Below the pieces are notes generated by a model. It was not told where the DNA came from and made no database searches. It was given only the letters and a program-made list of their open reading frames with translations. Shown in pieces: positions 11,287-24,500 of a stretch of 64,000 nucleotides of DNA. Position numbers and translations under genes: made by a program. This DNA is from Auanema rhodensis (lineage: Eukaryota; Animalia; Nematoda), in NCBI GenBank assembly GCA_964057225.1, contig OZ059900.1:17360001-17424000 (forward strand). The letters are read 5' to 3'. Position 1 is the stretch's first letter. Every line of letters begins with the position of its first letter.

Positions 11287-14200
11287 GCATTTTACATGCT
11301 GAACACTAGAAAAATACAAAAACACAGTATTTCCCATGAGAAATATTTTATTATGCTGGAAAACCAGTTTTTGGAAATTTCGCTGTAAACAAGGTTTTGA
11401 CTTACGATTTCATGTGTTCAAACTCATGCAATGTCAATGAAACCTAGCTCAAAATTGTTCGTACAACGTCTAGTTCCACTTTCACGACAAAAAAACAGGG
11501 GTTAGAAAATTAAGGAAATTAGCATATTCTGAGGGCACGCCCCTTATGGCTAATATTGATTAAATCGATTTTTGTTCATATGATTCGTCAAATGCAACGA
11601 ATTTCAGCGTGTTACATACTAAAATGAAGCATTTTACATGCTGAACACTAGAAAAATACAAAAACACAGTATTTCCCATGAGAAATATTTTATTATGCTG
11701 GAAAACCAGTTTTTGGAAATTTCGCTGTAAACAAGGTTTTGACCTACGATTTCATGTGTTCAAACTCATGCAATGTCAATGAAACCTAGCTCAAAATTGT
11801 TCGTACAACGTCTAGTTCCACTTTCACGACAAAAAAACAGGGGTTAGAAAATTAAGGAAATTAGCATATTCTGAGGGCACGCCCCTTATGGCTAATATTG
11901 ATTAAATCGATTTTTGTTCATATGAGTCGTCAAATGCAACGAATTTCAGCGTGTTACATACTAAAATGAAGCATTTTACATGCTGAACACTAGAAAAATA
12001 CAAAAACACAGTATTTCCCATGAGAAATATTTTATTATGCTGGAAAACCAGTTTTTGGTAATTTCGCTGTAAACAAGGTTTTGACTTACGATGTCATGTG
12101 TTCAAACTCATGCAATGTCAATGAAACCTAGCTCAAAATTGTTCGTACAACGTCTAGTTCCACTTTCACGACAAAAAAACAGGGGTTAGAAAACTAAGGA
12201 AATTAGCATATTCTGAGGGCACGCCCCTTATGGCTAATATTGATTAAATCGATTTTTGTTCATATGAGTCGTCAAATGCAACGAATTTCAGCGTGTTACA
12301 TACTAAAAGGAAGCATTTTACATGCTGAACACTAGAAAAATACAAAAACACAGTATTTCCCATGAGAAATATTTTATTATGCTGGAAAACCAGTTTTTGG
12401 AAATTTCGCTGTAAACAAGGTTTTGACTTACGATTTCATGTGTTCAAACTCATGCAATGTCAATGAAACCTAGCTCAAAATTGTTCGTACAACGTCTAGT
12501 TCCACTTTCACGACAAAAAAACAGGGGTTAGAAAACTAAGGAAATTAGCATATTCTGAGGGCACGCCCCTTATGGCTAATATTGATTAAATCGATTTTTG
12601 TTCATATGAGTCGTCAAATGCAACGAATTTCAGCGTGTTACATACTAAAATGAAGCATTTTACATGCTGAACACTAGAAAAATACAAAAACACAGTATTT
12701 CCCATGAGAAATATTTTATTATGCTGGAAAACCAGTTTTTGGAAATTTCGCTGTAAACAAGGTTTTGACTTACGATTTCATGTGTTCAAACTCATGCAAT
12801 GTCAATGAAACCTAGCTCAAAATTGTTCGTACAACGTCTAGTTCCACTTTCACGACAAAAAAACAGGGGTTAGAAAACTAAGGAAATTAGCATATTCTGA
12901 GGGCACGCCCCTTATGGCTAATATTGATTAAATCGATTTTTGTTCATATGAGTCGTCAAATGCAACGAATTTCAGCGTGTTACATACTAAAATGAAGCAT
13001 TTTACATGCTGAACACTAGAAAAATACAAAAACACAGTATTTCCCATGAGAAATATTTTATTATGCTGGAAAACCAGTTTTTGGAAATTTCGCTGTAAAC
13101 AAGGTTTTGACTTACGATTTCATGTGTTCAAACTCATGCAATGTCAATGAAACCTAGCTCAAAATTGTTCGTACAACGTCTAGTTCCACTTTCACGACAA
13201 AAAAACAGGGGTTAGAAAATTAAGGAAATTAGCATATTCTGAGGGCACGCCCCTTATGGCTAATATTGATTAAATCGATTTTTGTTCATATGATTCGTCA
13301 AATGCAACGAATTTCAGCGTGTTACATACTAAAATGAAGCATTTTACATGCTGAACACTAGAAAAATACAAAAACACAGTATTTCCCATGAGAAATATTT
13401 TATTATGCTGGAAAACCAGTTTTTGGAAATTTCGCTGTAAACAAGGTTTTGACCTACGATTTCATGTGTTCAAACTCATGCAATGTCAATGAAACCTAGC
13501 TCAAAATTGTTCGTACAACGTCTAGTTCCACTTTCACGACAAAAAAACAGGGGTTAGAAAATTAAGGAAATTAGCATATTCTGAGGGCACGCCCCTTATG
13601 GCTAATATTGATTAAATCGATTTTTGTTCATATGAGTCGTCAAATGCAACGAATTTCAGCGTGTTACATACTAAAATGAAGCATTTTACATGCTGAACAC
13701 TAGAAAAATACAAAAACACAGTATTTCCCATGAGAAATATTTTATTATGCTGGAAAACCAGTTTTTGGTAATTTCGCTGTAAACAAGGTTTTGACTTACG
13801 ATGTCATGTGTTCAAACTCATGCAATGTCAATGAAACCTAGCTCAAAATTGTTCGTACAACGTCTAGTTCCACTTTCACGACAAAAAAACAGGGGTTAGA
13901 AAACTAAGGAAATTAGCATATTCTGAGGGCACGCCCCTTATGGCTAATATTGATTAAATCGATTTTTGTTCATATGAGTCGTCAAATGCAACGACTTTCA
14001 GCGTGTTACATACTAAAATGAAGCATTTTACATGCTGAACACTAGAAAAATACAAAAACACAGTATTTCCCATGAGAAATATTTTATTATGCTGGAAAAC
14101 CAGTTTTTGGAAATTTCGCTGTAAACAAGGTTTTGACTTACGATTTCATGTGTTCAAACTCATGCAATGTCAATGAAACCTAGCTCAAAATTGTTCGTAC

Positions 14201-17200
14201 AACGTCTAGTTCCACTTTCACGACAAAAAAACAGGGGTTAGAAAATTAAGGAAATTAGCATATTCTGAGGGCACGCCCCTTATGGCTAATATTGATTAAA
14301 TCGATTTTTGTTCATATGATTCGTCAAATGCAACGAATTTCAGCGTGTTACATACTAAAATGAAGCATTTTACATGCTGAACACCAGAAAAATACAAAAA
14401 CACAGTATTTCCCATGAGAAATATTTTATTATGCTGGAAAACCAGTTTTTGGAAATTTCGCTGTAAACAAGGTTTTGACCTACGATTTCATGTGTTCAAA
14501 CTCATGCAATGTCAATGAAACCTAGCTCAAAATTGTTCGTACAACGTCTAGTTCCACTTTCACGACAAAAAAACAGGGGTTAGAAAATTAAGGAAATTAG
14601 CATATTCTGAGGGCACGCCCCTTATGGCTAATATTGATTAAATCGATTTTTGTTCATATGAGTCGTCAAATGCAACGAATTTCAGCGTGTTACATACTAA
14701 AATGAAGCATTTTACATGCTGAACACTAGAAAAATACAAAAACACAGTATTTCCCATGAGAAATATTTTATTATGCTGGAAAACCAGTTTTTGGTAATTT
14801 CGCTGTAAACAAGGTTTTGACTTACGATGTCATGTGTTCAAACTCATGCAATGTCAATGAAACCTAGCTCAAAATTGTTCGTACAACGTCTAGTTCCACT
14901 TTCACGACAAAAAAACAGGGGTTAGAAAACTAAGGAAATTAGCATATTCTGAGGGCACGCCCCTTATGGCTAATATTGATTAAATCGATTTTTGTTCATA
15001 TGAGTCGTCAAATGCAACGACTTTCAGCGTGTTACATACTAAAATGAAGCATTTTACATGCTGAACACTAGAAAAATACAAAAACACAGTATTTCCCATG
15101 AGAAATATTTTATTATGCTGGAAAACCAGTTTTTGGAAATTTCGCTGTAAACAAGGTTTTGACTTACGATTTCATGTGTTCAAACTCATGCAATGTCAAT
15201 GAAACCTAGCTCAAAATTGTTCGTACAACGTCTAGTTCCACTTTCACGACAAAAAAACAGGGGTTAGAAAATTAAGGAAATTAGCATATTCTGAGGGCAC
15301 GCCCCTTATGGCTAATATTGATTAAATCGATTTTTGTTCATATGATTCGTCAAATGCAACGAATTTCAGCGTGTTACATACTAAAATGAAGCATTTTACA
15401 TGCTGAACACTAGAAAAATACAAAAACACAGTATTTCCCATGAGAAATATTTTATTATGCTGGAAAACCAGTTTTTGGAAATTTCGCTGTAAACAAGGTT
15501 TTGACTTACGATTTCATGTGTTCAAACTCATGCAATGTCAATGAAACCTAGCTCAAAATTGTTCGTACAACGTCTAGTTCCACTTTCACGACAAAAAAAC
15601 AGGGGTTAGAAAACTAAGGAAATTAGCATATTCTGAGGGCACGCCCCTTATGGCTAATATTGATTAAATCGATTTTTGTTCATATGAGTCGTCAAATGCA
15701 ACGACTTTCAGCGTGTTACATACTAAAATGAAGCATTTTACATGCTGAACACTAGAAAAATACAAAAACACAGTATTTCCCATGAGAAATATTTTATTAT
15801 GCTGGAAAACCAGTTTTTGGAAATTTCGCTGTAAACAAGGTTTTGACTTACGATTTCATGTGTTCAAACTCATGCAATGTCAATGAAACCTAGCTCAAAA
15901 TTGTTCGTACAACGTCTAGTTCCACTTTCACGACAAAAAAACAGGGGTTAGAAAATTAAGGAAATTAGCATATTCTGAGGGCACGCCCCTTATGGCTAAT
16001 ATTGATTAAATCGATTTTTGTTCATATGATTCGTCAAATGCAACGAATTTCAGCGTGTTACATACTAAAATGAAGCATTTTACATGCTGAACACTAGAAA
16101 AATACAAAAACACAGTATTTCCCATGAGAAATATTTTATTATGCTGGAAAACCAGTTTTTGGAAATTTCGCTGTAAACAAGGTTTTGACCTACGATTTCA
16201 TGTGTTCAAACTCATGCAATGTCAATGAAACCTAGCTCAAAATTGTTCGTACAACGTCTAGTTCCACTTTCACGACAAAAAAACAGGGGTTAGAAAATTA
16301 AGGAAATTAGCATATTCTGAGGGCACGCCCCTTATGGCTAATATTGATTAAATCGATTTTTGTTCATATGAGTCGTCAAATGCAACGAATTTCAGCGTGT
16401 TACATACTAAAATGAAGCATTTTACATGCTGAACACTAGAAAAATACAAAAACACAGTATTTCCCATGAGAAATATTTTATTATGCTGGAAAACCAGTTT
16501 TTGGTAATTTCGCTGTAAACAAGGTTTTGACTTACGATGTCATGTGTTCAAACTCATGCAATGTCAATGAAACCTAGCTCAAAATTGTTCGTACAACGTC
16601 TAGTTCCACTTTCACGACAAAAAAACAGGGGTTAGAAAACTAAGGAAATTAGCATATTCTGAGGGCACGCCCCTTATGGCTAATATTGATTAAATCGATT
16701 TTTGTTCATATGAGTCGTCAAATGCAACGAATTTCAGCGTGTTACATACTAAAAGGAAGCATTTTACATGCTGAACACTAGAAAAATACAAAAACACAGT
16801 ATTTCCCATGAGAAATATTTTATTATGCTGGAAAACCAGTTTTTGGAAATTTCGCTGTAAACAAGGTTTTGACTTACGATTTCATGTGTTCAAACTCATG
16901 CAATGTCAATGAAACCTAGCTCAAAATTGTTCGTACAACGTCTAGTTCCACTTTCACGACAAAAAAACAGGGGTTAGAAAACTAAGGAAATTAGCATATT
17001 CTGAGGGCACGCCCCTTATGGCTAATATTGATTAAATCGATTTTTGTTCATATGAGTCGTCAAATGCAACGAATTTCAGCGTGTTACATACTAAAATGAA
17101 GCATTTTACATGCTGAACACTAGAAAAATACAAAAACACAGTATTTCCCATGAGAAATATTTTATTATGCTGGAAAACCAGTTTTTGGAAATTTCGCTGT

Positions 17201-20200
17201 AAACAAGGTTTTGACTTACGATTTCATGTGTTCAAACTCATGCAATGTCAATGAAACCTAGCTCAAAATTGTTCGTACAACGTCTAGTTCCACTTTCACG
17301 ACAAAAAAACAGGGGTTAGAAAATTAAGGAAATTAGCATATTCTGAGGGCACGCCCCTTATGGCTAATATTGATTAAATCGATTTTTGTTCATATGATTC
17401 GTCAAATGCAACGAATTTCAGCGTGTTACATACTAAAATGAAGCATTTTACATGCTGAACACTAGAAAAATACAAAAACACAGTATTTCCCATGAGAAAT
17501 ATTTTATTATGCTGGAAAACCAGTTTTTGGAAATTTCGCTGTAAACAAGGTTTTGACCTACGATTTCATGTGTTCAAACTCATGCAATGTCAATGAAACC
17601 TAGCTCAAAATTGTTCGTACAACGTCTAGTTCCACTTTCACGACAAAAAAACAGGGGTTAGAAAATTAAGGAAATTAGCATATTCTGAGGGCACGCCCCT
17701 TATGGCTAATATTGATTAAATCGATTTTTGTTCATATGAGTCGTCAAATGCAACGAATTTCAGCGTGTTACATACTAAAATGAAGCATTTTACATGCTGA
17801 ACACTAGAAAAATACAAAAACACAGTATTTCCCATGAGAAATATTTTATTATGCTGGAAAACCAGTTTTTGGTAATTTCGCTGTAAACAAGGTTTTGACT
17901 TACGATGTCATGTGTTCAAACTCATGCAATGTCAATGAAACCTAGCTCAAAATTGTTCGTACAACGTCTAGTTCCACTTTCACGACAAAAAAACAGGGGT
18001 TAGAAAACTAAGGAAATTAGCATATTCTGAGGGCACGCCCCTTATGGCTAATATTGATTAAATCGATTTTTGTTCATATGAGTCGTCAAATGCAACGACT
18101 TTCAGCGTGTTACATACTAAAATGAAGCATTTTACATGCTGAACACTAGAAAAATACAAAAACACAGTATTTCCCATGAGAAATATTTTATTATGCTGGA
18201 AAACCAGTTTTTGGAAATTTCGCTGTAAACAAGGTTTTGACTTACGATTTCATGTGTTCAAACTCATGCAATGTCAATGAAACCTAGCTCAAAATTGTTC
18301 GTACAACGTCTAGTTCCACTTTCACGACAAAAAAACAGGGGTTAGAAAATTAAGGAAATTAGCATATTCTGAGGGCACGCCCCTTATGGCTAATATTGAT
18401 TAAATCGATTTTTGTTCATATGATTCGTCAAATGCAACGAATTTCAGCGTGTTACATACTAAAATGAAGCATTTTACATGCTGAACACTAGAAAAATACA
18501 AAAACACAGTATTTCCCATGAGAAATATTTTATTATGCTGGAAAACCAGTTTTTGGAAATTTCGCTGTAAACAAGGTTTTGACTTACGATTTCATGTGTT
18601 CAAACTCATGCAATGTCAATGAAACCTAGCTCAAAATTGTTCGTACAACGTCTAGTTCCACTTTCACGACAAAAAAACAGGGGTTAGAAAACTAAGGAAA
18701 TTAGCATATTCTGAGGGCACGCCCCTTATGGCTAATATTGATTAAATCGATTTTTGTTCATATGAGTCGTCAAATGCAACGAATTTCAGCGTGTTACATA
18801 CTAAAATGAAGCATTTTACATGCTGAACACTAGAAAAATACAAAAACACAGTATTTCCCATGAGAAATATTTTATTATGCTGGAAAACCAGTTTTTGGAA
18901 ATTTCGCTGTAAACAAGGTTTTGACTTACGATTTCATGTGTTCAAACTCATGCAATGTCAATGAAACCTAGCTCAAAATTGTTCGTACAACGTCTAGTTC
19001 CACTTTCACGACAAAAAAACAGGGGTTAGAAAACTAAGGAAATTAGCATATTCTGAGGGCACGCCCCTTATGGCTAATATTGATTAAATCGATTTTTGTT
19101 CATATGAGTCGTCAAATGCAACGAATTTCAGCGTGTTACATACTAAAATGAAGCATTTTACATGCTGAACACTAGAAAAATACAAAAACACAGTATTTCC
19201 CATGAGAAATATTTTATTATGCTGGAAAACCAGTTTTTGGAAATTTCGCTGTAAACAAGGTTTTGACTTACGATTTCATGTGTTCAAACTCATGCAATGT
19301 CAATGAAACCTAGCTCAAAATTGTTCGTACAACGTCTAGTTCCACTTTCACGACAAAAAAACAGGGGTTAGAAAATTAAGGAAATTAGCATATTCTGAGG
19401 GCACGCCCCTTATGGCTAATATTGATTAAATCGATTTTTGTTCATATGATTCGTCAAATGCAACGAATTTCAGCGTGTTACATACTAAAATGAAGCATTT
19501 TACATGCTGAACACTAGAAAAATACAAAAACACAGTATTTCCCATGAGAAATATTTTATTATGCTGGAAAACCAGTTTTTGGAAATTTCGCTGTAAACAA
19601 GGTTTTGACCTACGATTTCATGTGTTCAAACTCATGCAATGTCAATGAAACCTAGCTCAAAATTGTTCGTACAACGTCTAGTTCCACTTTCACGACAAAA
19701 AAACAGGGGTTAGAAAATTAAGGAAATTAGCATATTCTGAGGGCACGCCCCTTATGGCTAATATTGATTAAATCGATTTTTGTTCATATGAGTCGTCAAA
19801 TGCAACGAATTTCAGCGTGTTACATACTAAAATGAAGCATTTTACATGCTGAACACTAGAAAAATACAAAAACACAGTATTTCCCATGAGAAATATTTTA
19901 TTATGCTGGAAAACCAGTTTTTGGTAATTTCGCTGTAAACAAGGTTTTGACTTACGATGTCATGTGTTCAAACTCATGCAATGTCAATGAAACCTAGCTC
20001 AAAATTGTTCGTACAACGTCTAGTTCCACTTTCACGACAAAAAAACAGGGGTTAGAAAACTAAGGAAATTAGCATATTCTGAGGGCACGCCCCTTATGGC
20101 TAATATTGATTAAATCGATTTTTGTTCATATGAGTCGTCAAATGCAACGACTTTCAGCGTGTTACATACTAAAATGAAGCATTTTACATGCTGAACACTA

Positions 20201-20862
20201 GAAAAATACAAAAACACAGTATTTCCCATGAGAAATATTTTATTATGCTGGAAAACCAGTTTTTGGAAATTTCGCTGTAAACAAGGTTTTGACTTACGAT
20301 TTCATGTGTTCAAACTCATGCAATGTCAATGAAACCTAGCTCAAAATTGTTCGTACAACGTCTAGTTCCACTTTCACGACAAAAAAACAGGGGTTAGAAA
20401 ATTAAGGAAATTAGCATATTCTGAGGGCACGCCCCTTATGGCTAATATTGATTAAATCGATTTTTGTTCATATGATTCGTCAAATGCAACGAATTTCAGC
20501 GTGTTACATACTAAAATGAAGCATTTTACATGCTGAACACTAGAAAAATACAAAAACACAGTATTTCCCATGAGAAATATTTTATTATGCTGGAAAACCA
20601 GTTTTTGGAAATTTCGCTGTAAACAAGGTTTTGACTTACGATTTCATGTGTTCAAACTCATGCAATGTCAATGAAACCTAGCTCAAAATTGTTCGTACAA
20701 CGTCTAGTTCCACTTTCACGACAAAAAAACAGGGGTTAGAAAACTAAGGAAATTAGCATATTCTGAGGGCACGCCCCTTATGGCTAATATTGATTAAATC
20801 GATTTTTGTTCATATGAGTCGTCAAATGCAACGACTTTCAGCGTGTTACATACTAAAATGAA
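11287..20862 (+). repeat. Sub-array domain B (M34-M61) with a 3-monomer higher-order unit [298T][116C][89T+123G+224C]
   Basis: The trimer starts at 11287, 12997, 14023, 15733, 17101 and 19153. 116C (GACCTACG) and 89T+123G (GGTAATTT / GATGTCATG) were seen only in this interval. Confidence 0.88.
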
Positions 20863-21546
20863 GCATTTTACATGCTGAACACTAGAAAAATACAAAAACA
20901 CAGTATTTCCCATGAGAAATATTTTATTATGCTGGAAAACCAGTTTTTGGAAATTTCGCTGTAAACAAGGTTTTGACTTACGATTTCATGTGTTCAAACT
21001 CATGCAATGTCAATGAAACCTAGCTCAAAATTGTTCGTACAACGTCTAGTTCCACTTTCACGACAAAAAAACAGGGGTTAGAAAATTAAGGAAATTAGCA
21101 TATTCTGAGGGCACGCCCCTTATGGCTAATATTGATTAAATCGATTTTTGTTCATATGAGTCGTCAAATGCAACGAATTTCAGCGTATTACATACTAAAA
21201 TGAAGCATTTTACATGCTGAACACTAGAAAAATACAAAAACACAGTATTTCCCATGAGAAATATTTTATTATGCTGGAAAACCAGTTTTTGGAAATTTCG
21301 CTGTAAACAAGGTTTTGACTTACGATTTCATGTGTTCAAACTCATGCAATGTCAATGAAACCTAGCTCAAAATTGTTCGTACAACGTCTAGTTCCACTTT
21401 CACGACAAAAAAACAGGGGTTAGAAAATTAAGGAAATTAGCATATTCTGAGGGCACGCCCCTTATGGCTAATATTGATTAAATCGATTTTTGTTCATATG
21501 AGTCGTCAAATGCAACGAATTTCAGCGTGTTACATACTAAAATGAA

Positions 21547-24500
21547 GCATTTTACATGCTGAACACTAGAAAAATACAAAAACACAGTATTTCCCATGAG
21601 AAATATTTTATTATGCTGGAAAACCAGTTTTTGGAAATTTCGCTGTAAACAAGGTTTTGACTTACGATTTCATGTGTTCAAACTCATGCAATGTCAATGA
21701 AACCTAGCTCAAAATTGTTCGTACAACGTCTAGTTCCACTTTCACGACAAAAAAACAAGGGTTAGAAAATTAAGGAAATTAGCATATTCTGAGGGCACGC
21801 CCCTTATGGCTAATATTGATTAAATCGATTTTTGTTCATATGAGTCGTCAAATGCAACGAATTTCAGCGTGTTACATACTAAAATGAAGCATTTTACATG
21901 CTGAACACTAGAAAAATACAAAAACACAGTATTTCCCATGAGAAATATTTTATTATGCTGGAAAACCAGTTTTTGGAAATTTCGCTGTAAACAAGGTTTT
22001 GACTTACGATTTCATGTGTTCAAACTCATGCAATGTCAATGAAACCTAGCTCAAAATTGTTCGTACAACGTCTAGTTCCACTTTCACGACAAAAAAACAG
22101 GGGTTAGAAAATTAAGGAAATTAGCATATTCTGAGGGCACGCCCCTTATGGCTAATATTGATTAAATCGATTTTTGTTCATATGAGTCGTCAAATGCAAC
22201 GAATTTCAGCGTGTTACATACTAAAATGAAGCATTTTACATGCTGAACACTGGAAAAATACAAAAACACAGTATTTCTCATGAGAAATATTTTATTATGC
22301 TGGAAAACCAGTTTTTGGAAATTTCGCTGTAAACAAGGTTTTGACTTACGATTTCATGTGTTCAAACTCATGCAATGTCAATGAAACCTAGCTCAAAATT
22401 GTTCGTACAACGTCTAGTTCCACTTTCACGACAAAAAAACAGGGGTTAGAAAATTAAGGAAATTAGCATATTCTGAGGGCACGCCCCTTATGGCTAATAT
22501 TGATTAAATCGATTTTTGTTCATATGAGTCGTCAAATGCAACGAATTTCAGCGTGTTACATACTAAAATGAAGCATTTTACATGCTGAACACTAGAAAAA
22601 TACAAAAACACAGTATTTCCCATGAGAAATATTTTATTATGCTGGAAAACCAGTTTTTGGAAATTTCGCTGTAAACAAGGTTTTGACTTACGATTTCATG
22701 TGTTCAAACTCATGCAATGTCAATGAAACATAGCTCAAAATTGTTCGTACAACGTCTAGTTCCACTTTCACGACAAAAAAACAGGGGTTAGAAAATTAAG
22801 GAAATTAGCATATTCTGAGGGCACGCCCCTTATGGCTAATATTGATTAAATCGATTTTTGTTCATATGAGTCGTCAAATGCAACGAATTTCAGCGTGTTA
22901 CATACTAAAATGAAGCATTTTACATGCTGAACACTAGAAAAATACAAAAACACAGTATTTCCCATGAGAAATATTTTATTATGCTGGAAAACCAGTTTTT
23001 GGAAATTTCGCTGTAAACAAGGTTTTGACTTACGATTTCATGTGTTCAAACTCATGCAATGTCAATGAAACCTAGCTCAAAATTGTTCGTACAACGTCTA
23101 GTTCCACTTTCACGACAAAAAAACAGGGGTTAGAAAACTAAGGAAATTAGCATATTCTGAGGGCACGCCCCTTATGGCTAATATTGATTAAATCGATTTT
23201 TGTTCATATGAGTCGTCAAATGCAACGAATTTCAGCGTGTTACATACTAAAAGGAAGCATTTTACATGCTGAACACTAGAAAAATACAAAAACACAGTAT
23301 TTCCCATGAGAAATATTTTATTATGCTGGAAAACCAGTTTTTGGAAATTTCGCTGTAAACAAGGTTTTGACTTACGATTTCATGTGTTCAAACTCATGCA
23401 ATGTCAATGAAACCTAGCTCAAAATTGTTCGTACAACGTCTAGTTCCACTTTCACGACAAAAAAACAGGGGTTAGAAAATTAAGGAAATTAGCATATTCT
23501 GAGGGCACGCCCCTTATGGCTAATATTGATTAAATCGATTTTTGTTCATATGAGTCGTCAAATGCAACGAATTTCAGCGTGTTACATACTAAAATGAAGC
23601 ATTTTACATGCTGAACACTAGAAAAATACAAAAACACAGTATTTCCCATGAGAAATATTTTATTATGCTGGAAAACCAGTTTTTGGAAATTTCGCTGTAA
23701 ACAAGGTTTTGACTTACGATTTCATGTGTTCAAACTCATGCAATGTCAATGAAACATAGCTCAAAAATGTTCGTACAACGTCTAGTTCCACTTTCACGAC
23801 AAAAAAACAGGGGTTAGAAAATTAAGGAAATTAGCATATTCTGAGGGCACGCCCCTTATGGCTAATATTGATTAAATCGATTTTTGTTCATATGAGTCGT
23901 CAAATGCAACGAATTTCAGCGTGTTACATACTAAAATGAAGCATTTTACATGCTGAACACTAGAAAAATACAAAAACACAGTATTTCCCATGAGAAATAT
24001 TTTATTATGCTGGAAAACCAGTTTTTGGAAATTTCGCTGTAAACAAGGTTTTGACTTACGATTTCATGTGTTCAAACTCATGCAATGTCAATGAAACCTA
24101 GCTCAAAATTGTTCGTACAACGTCTAGTTCCACTTTCACGACAAAAAAACAGGGGTTAGAAAACTAAGGAAATTAGCATATTCTGAGGGCACGCCCCTTA
24201 TGGCTAATATTGATTAAATCGATTTTTGTTCATATGAGTCGTCAAATGCAACGAATTTCAGCGTGTTACATACTAAAATGAAGCATTTTACATGCTGAAC
24301 ACTAGAAAAATACAAAAACACAGTATTTCCCATGAGAAATATTTTATTATGCTGGAAAACCAGTTTTTGGAAATTTCGCTGTAAACAAGGTTTTGACTTA
24401 CGATTTCATGTGTTCAAACTCATGCAATGTCAATGAAACCTAGCTCAAAATTGTTCGTACAACGTCTAGTTCCACTTTCACGACAAAAAAACAGGGGTTA

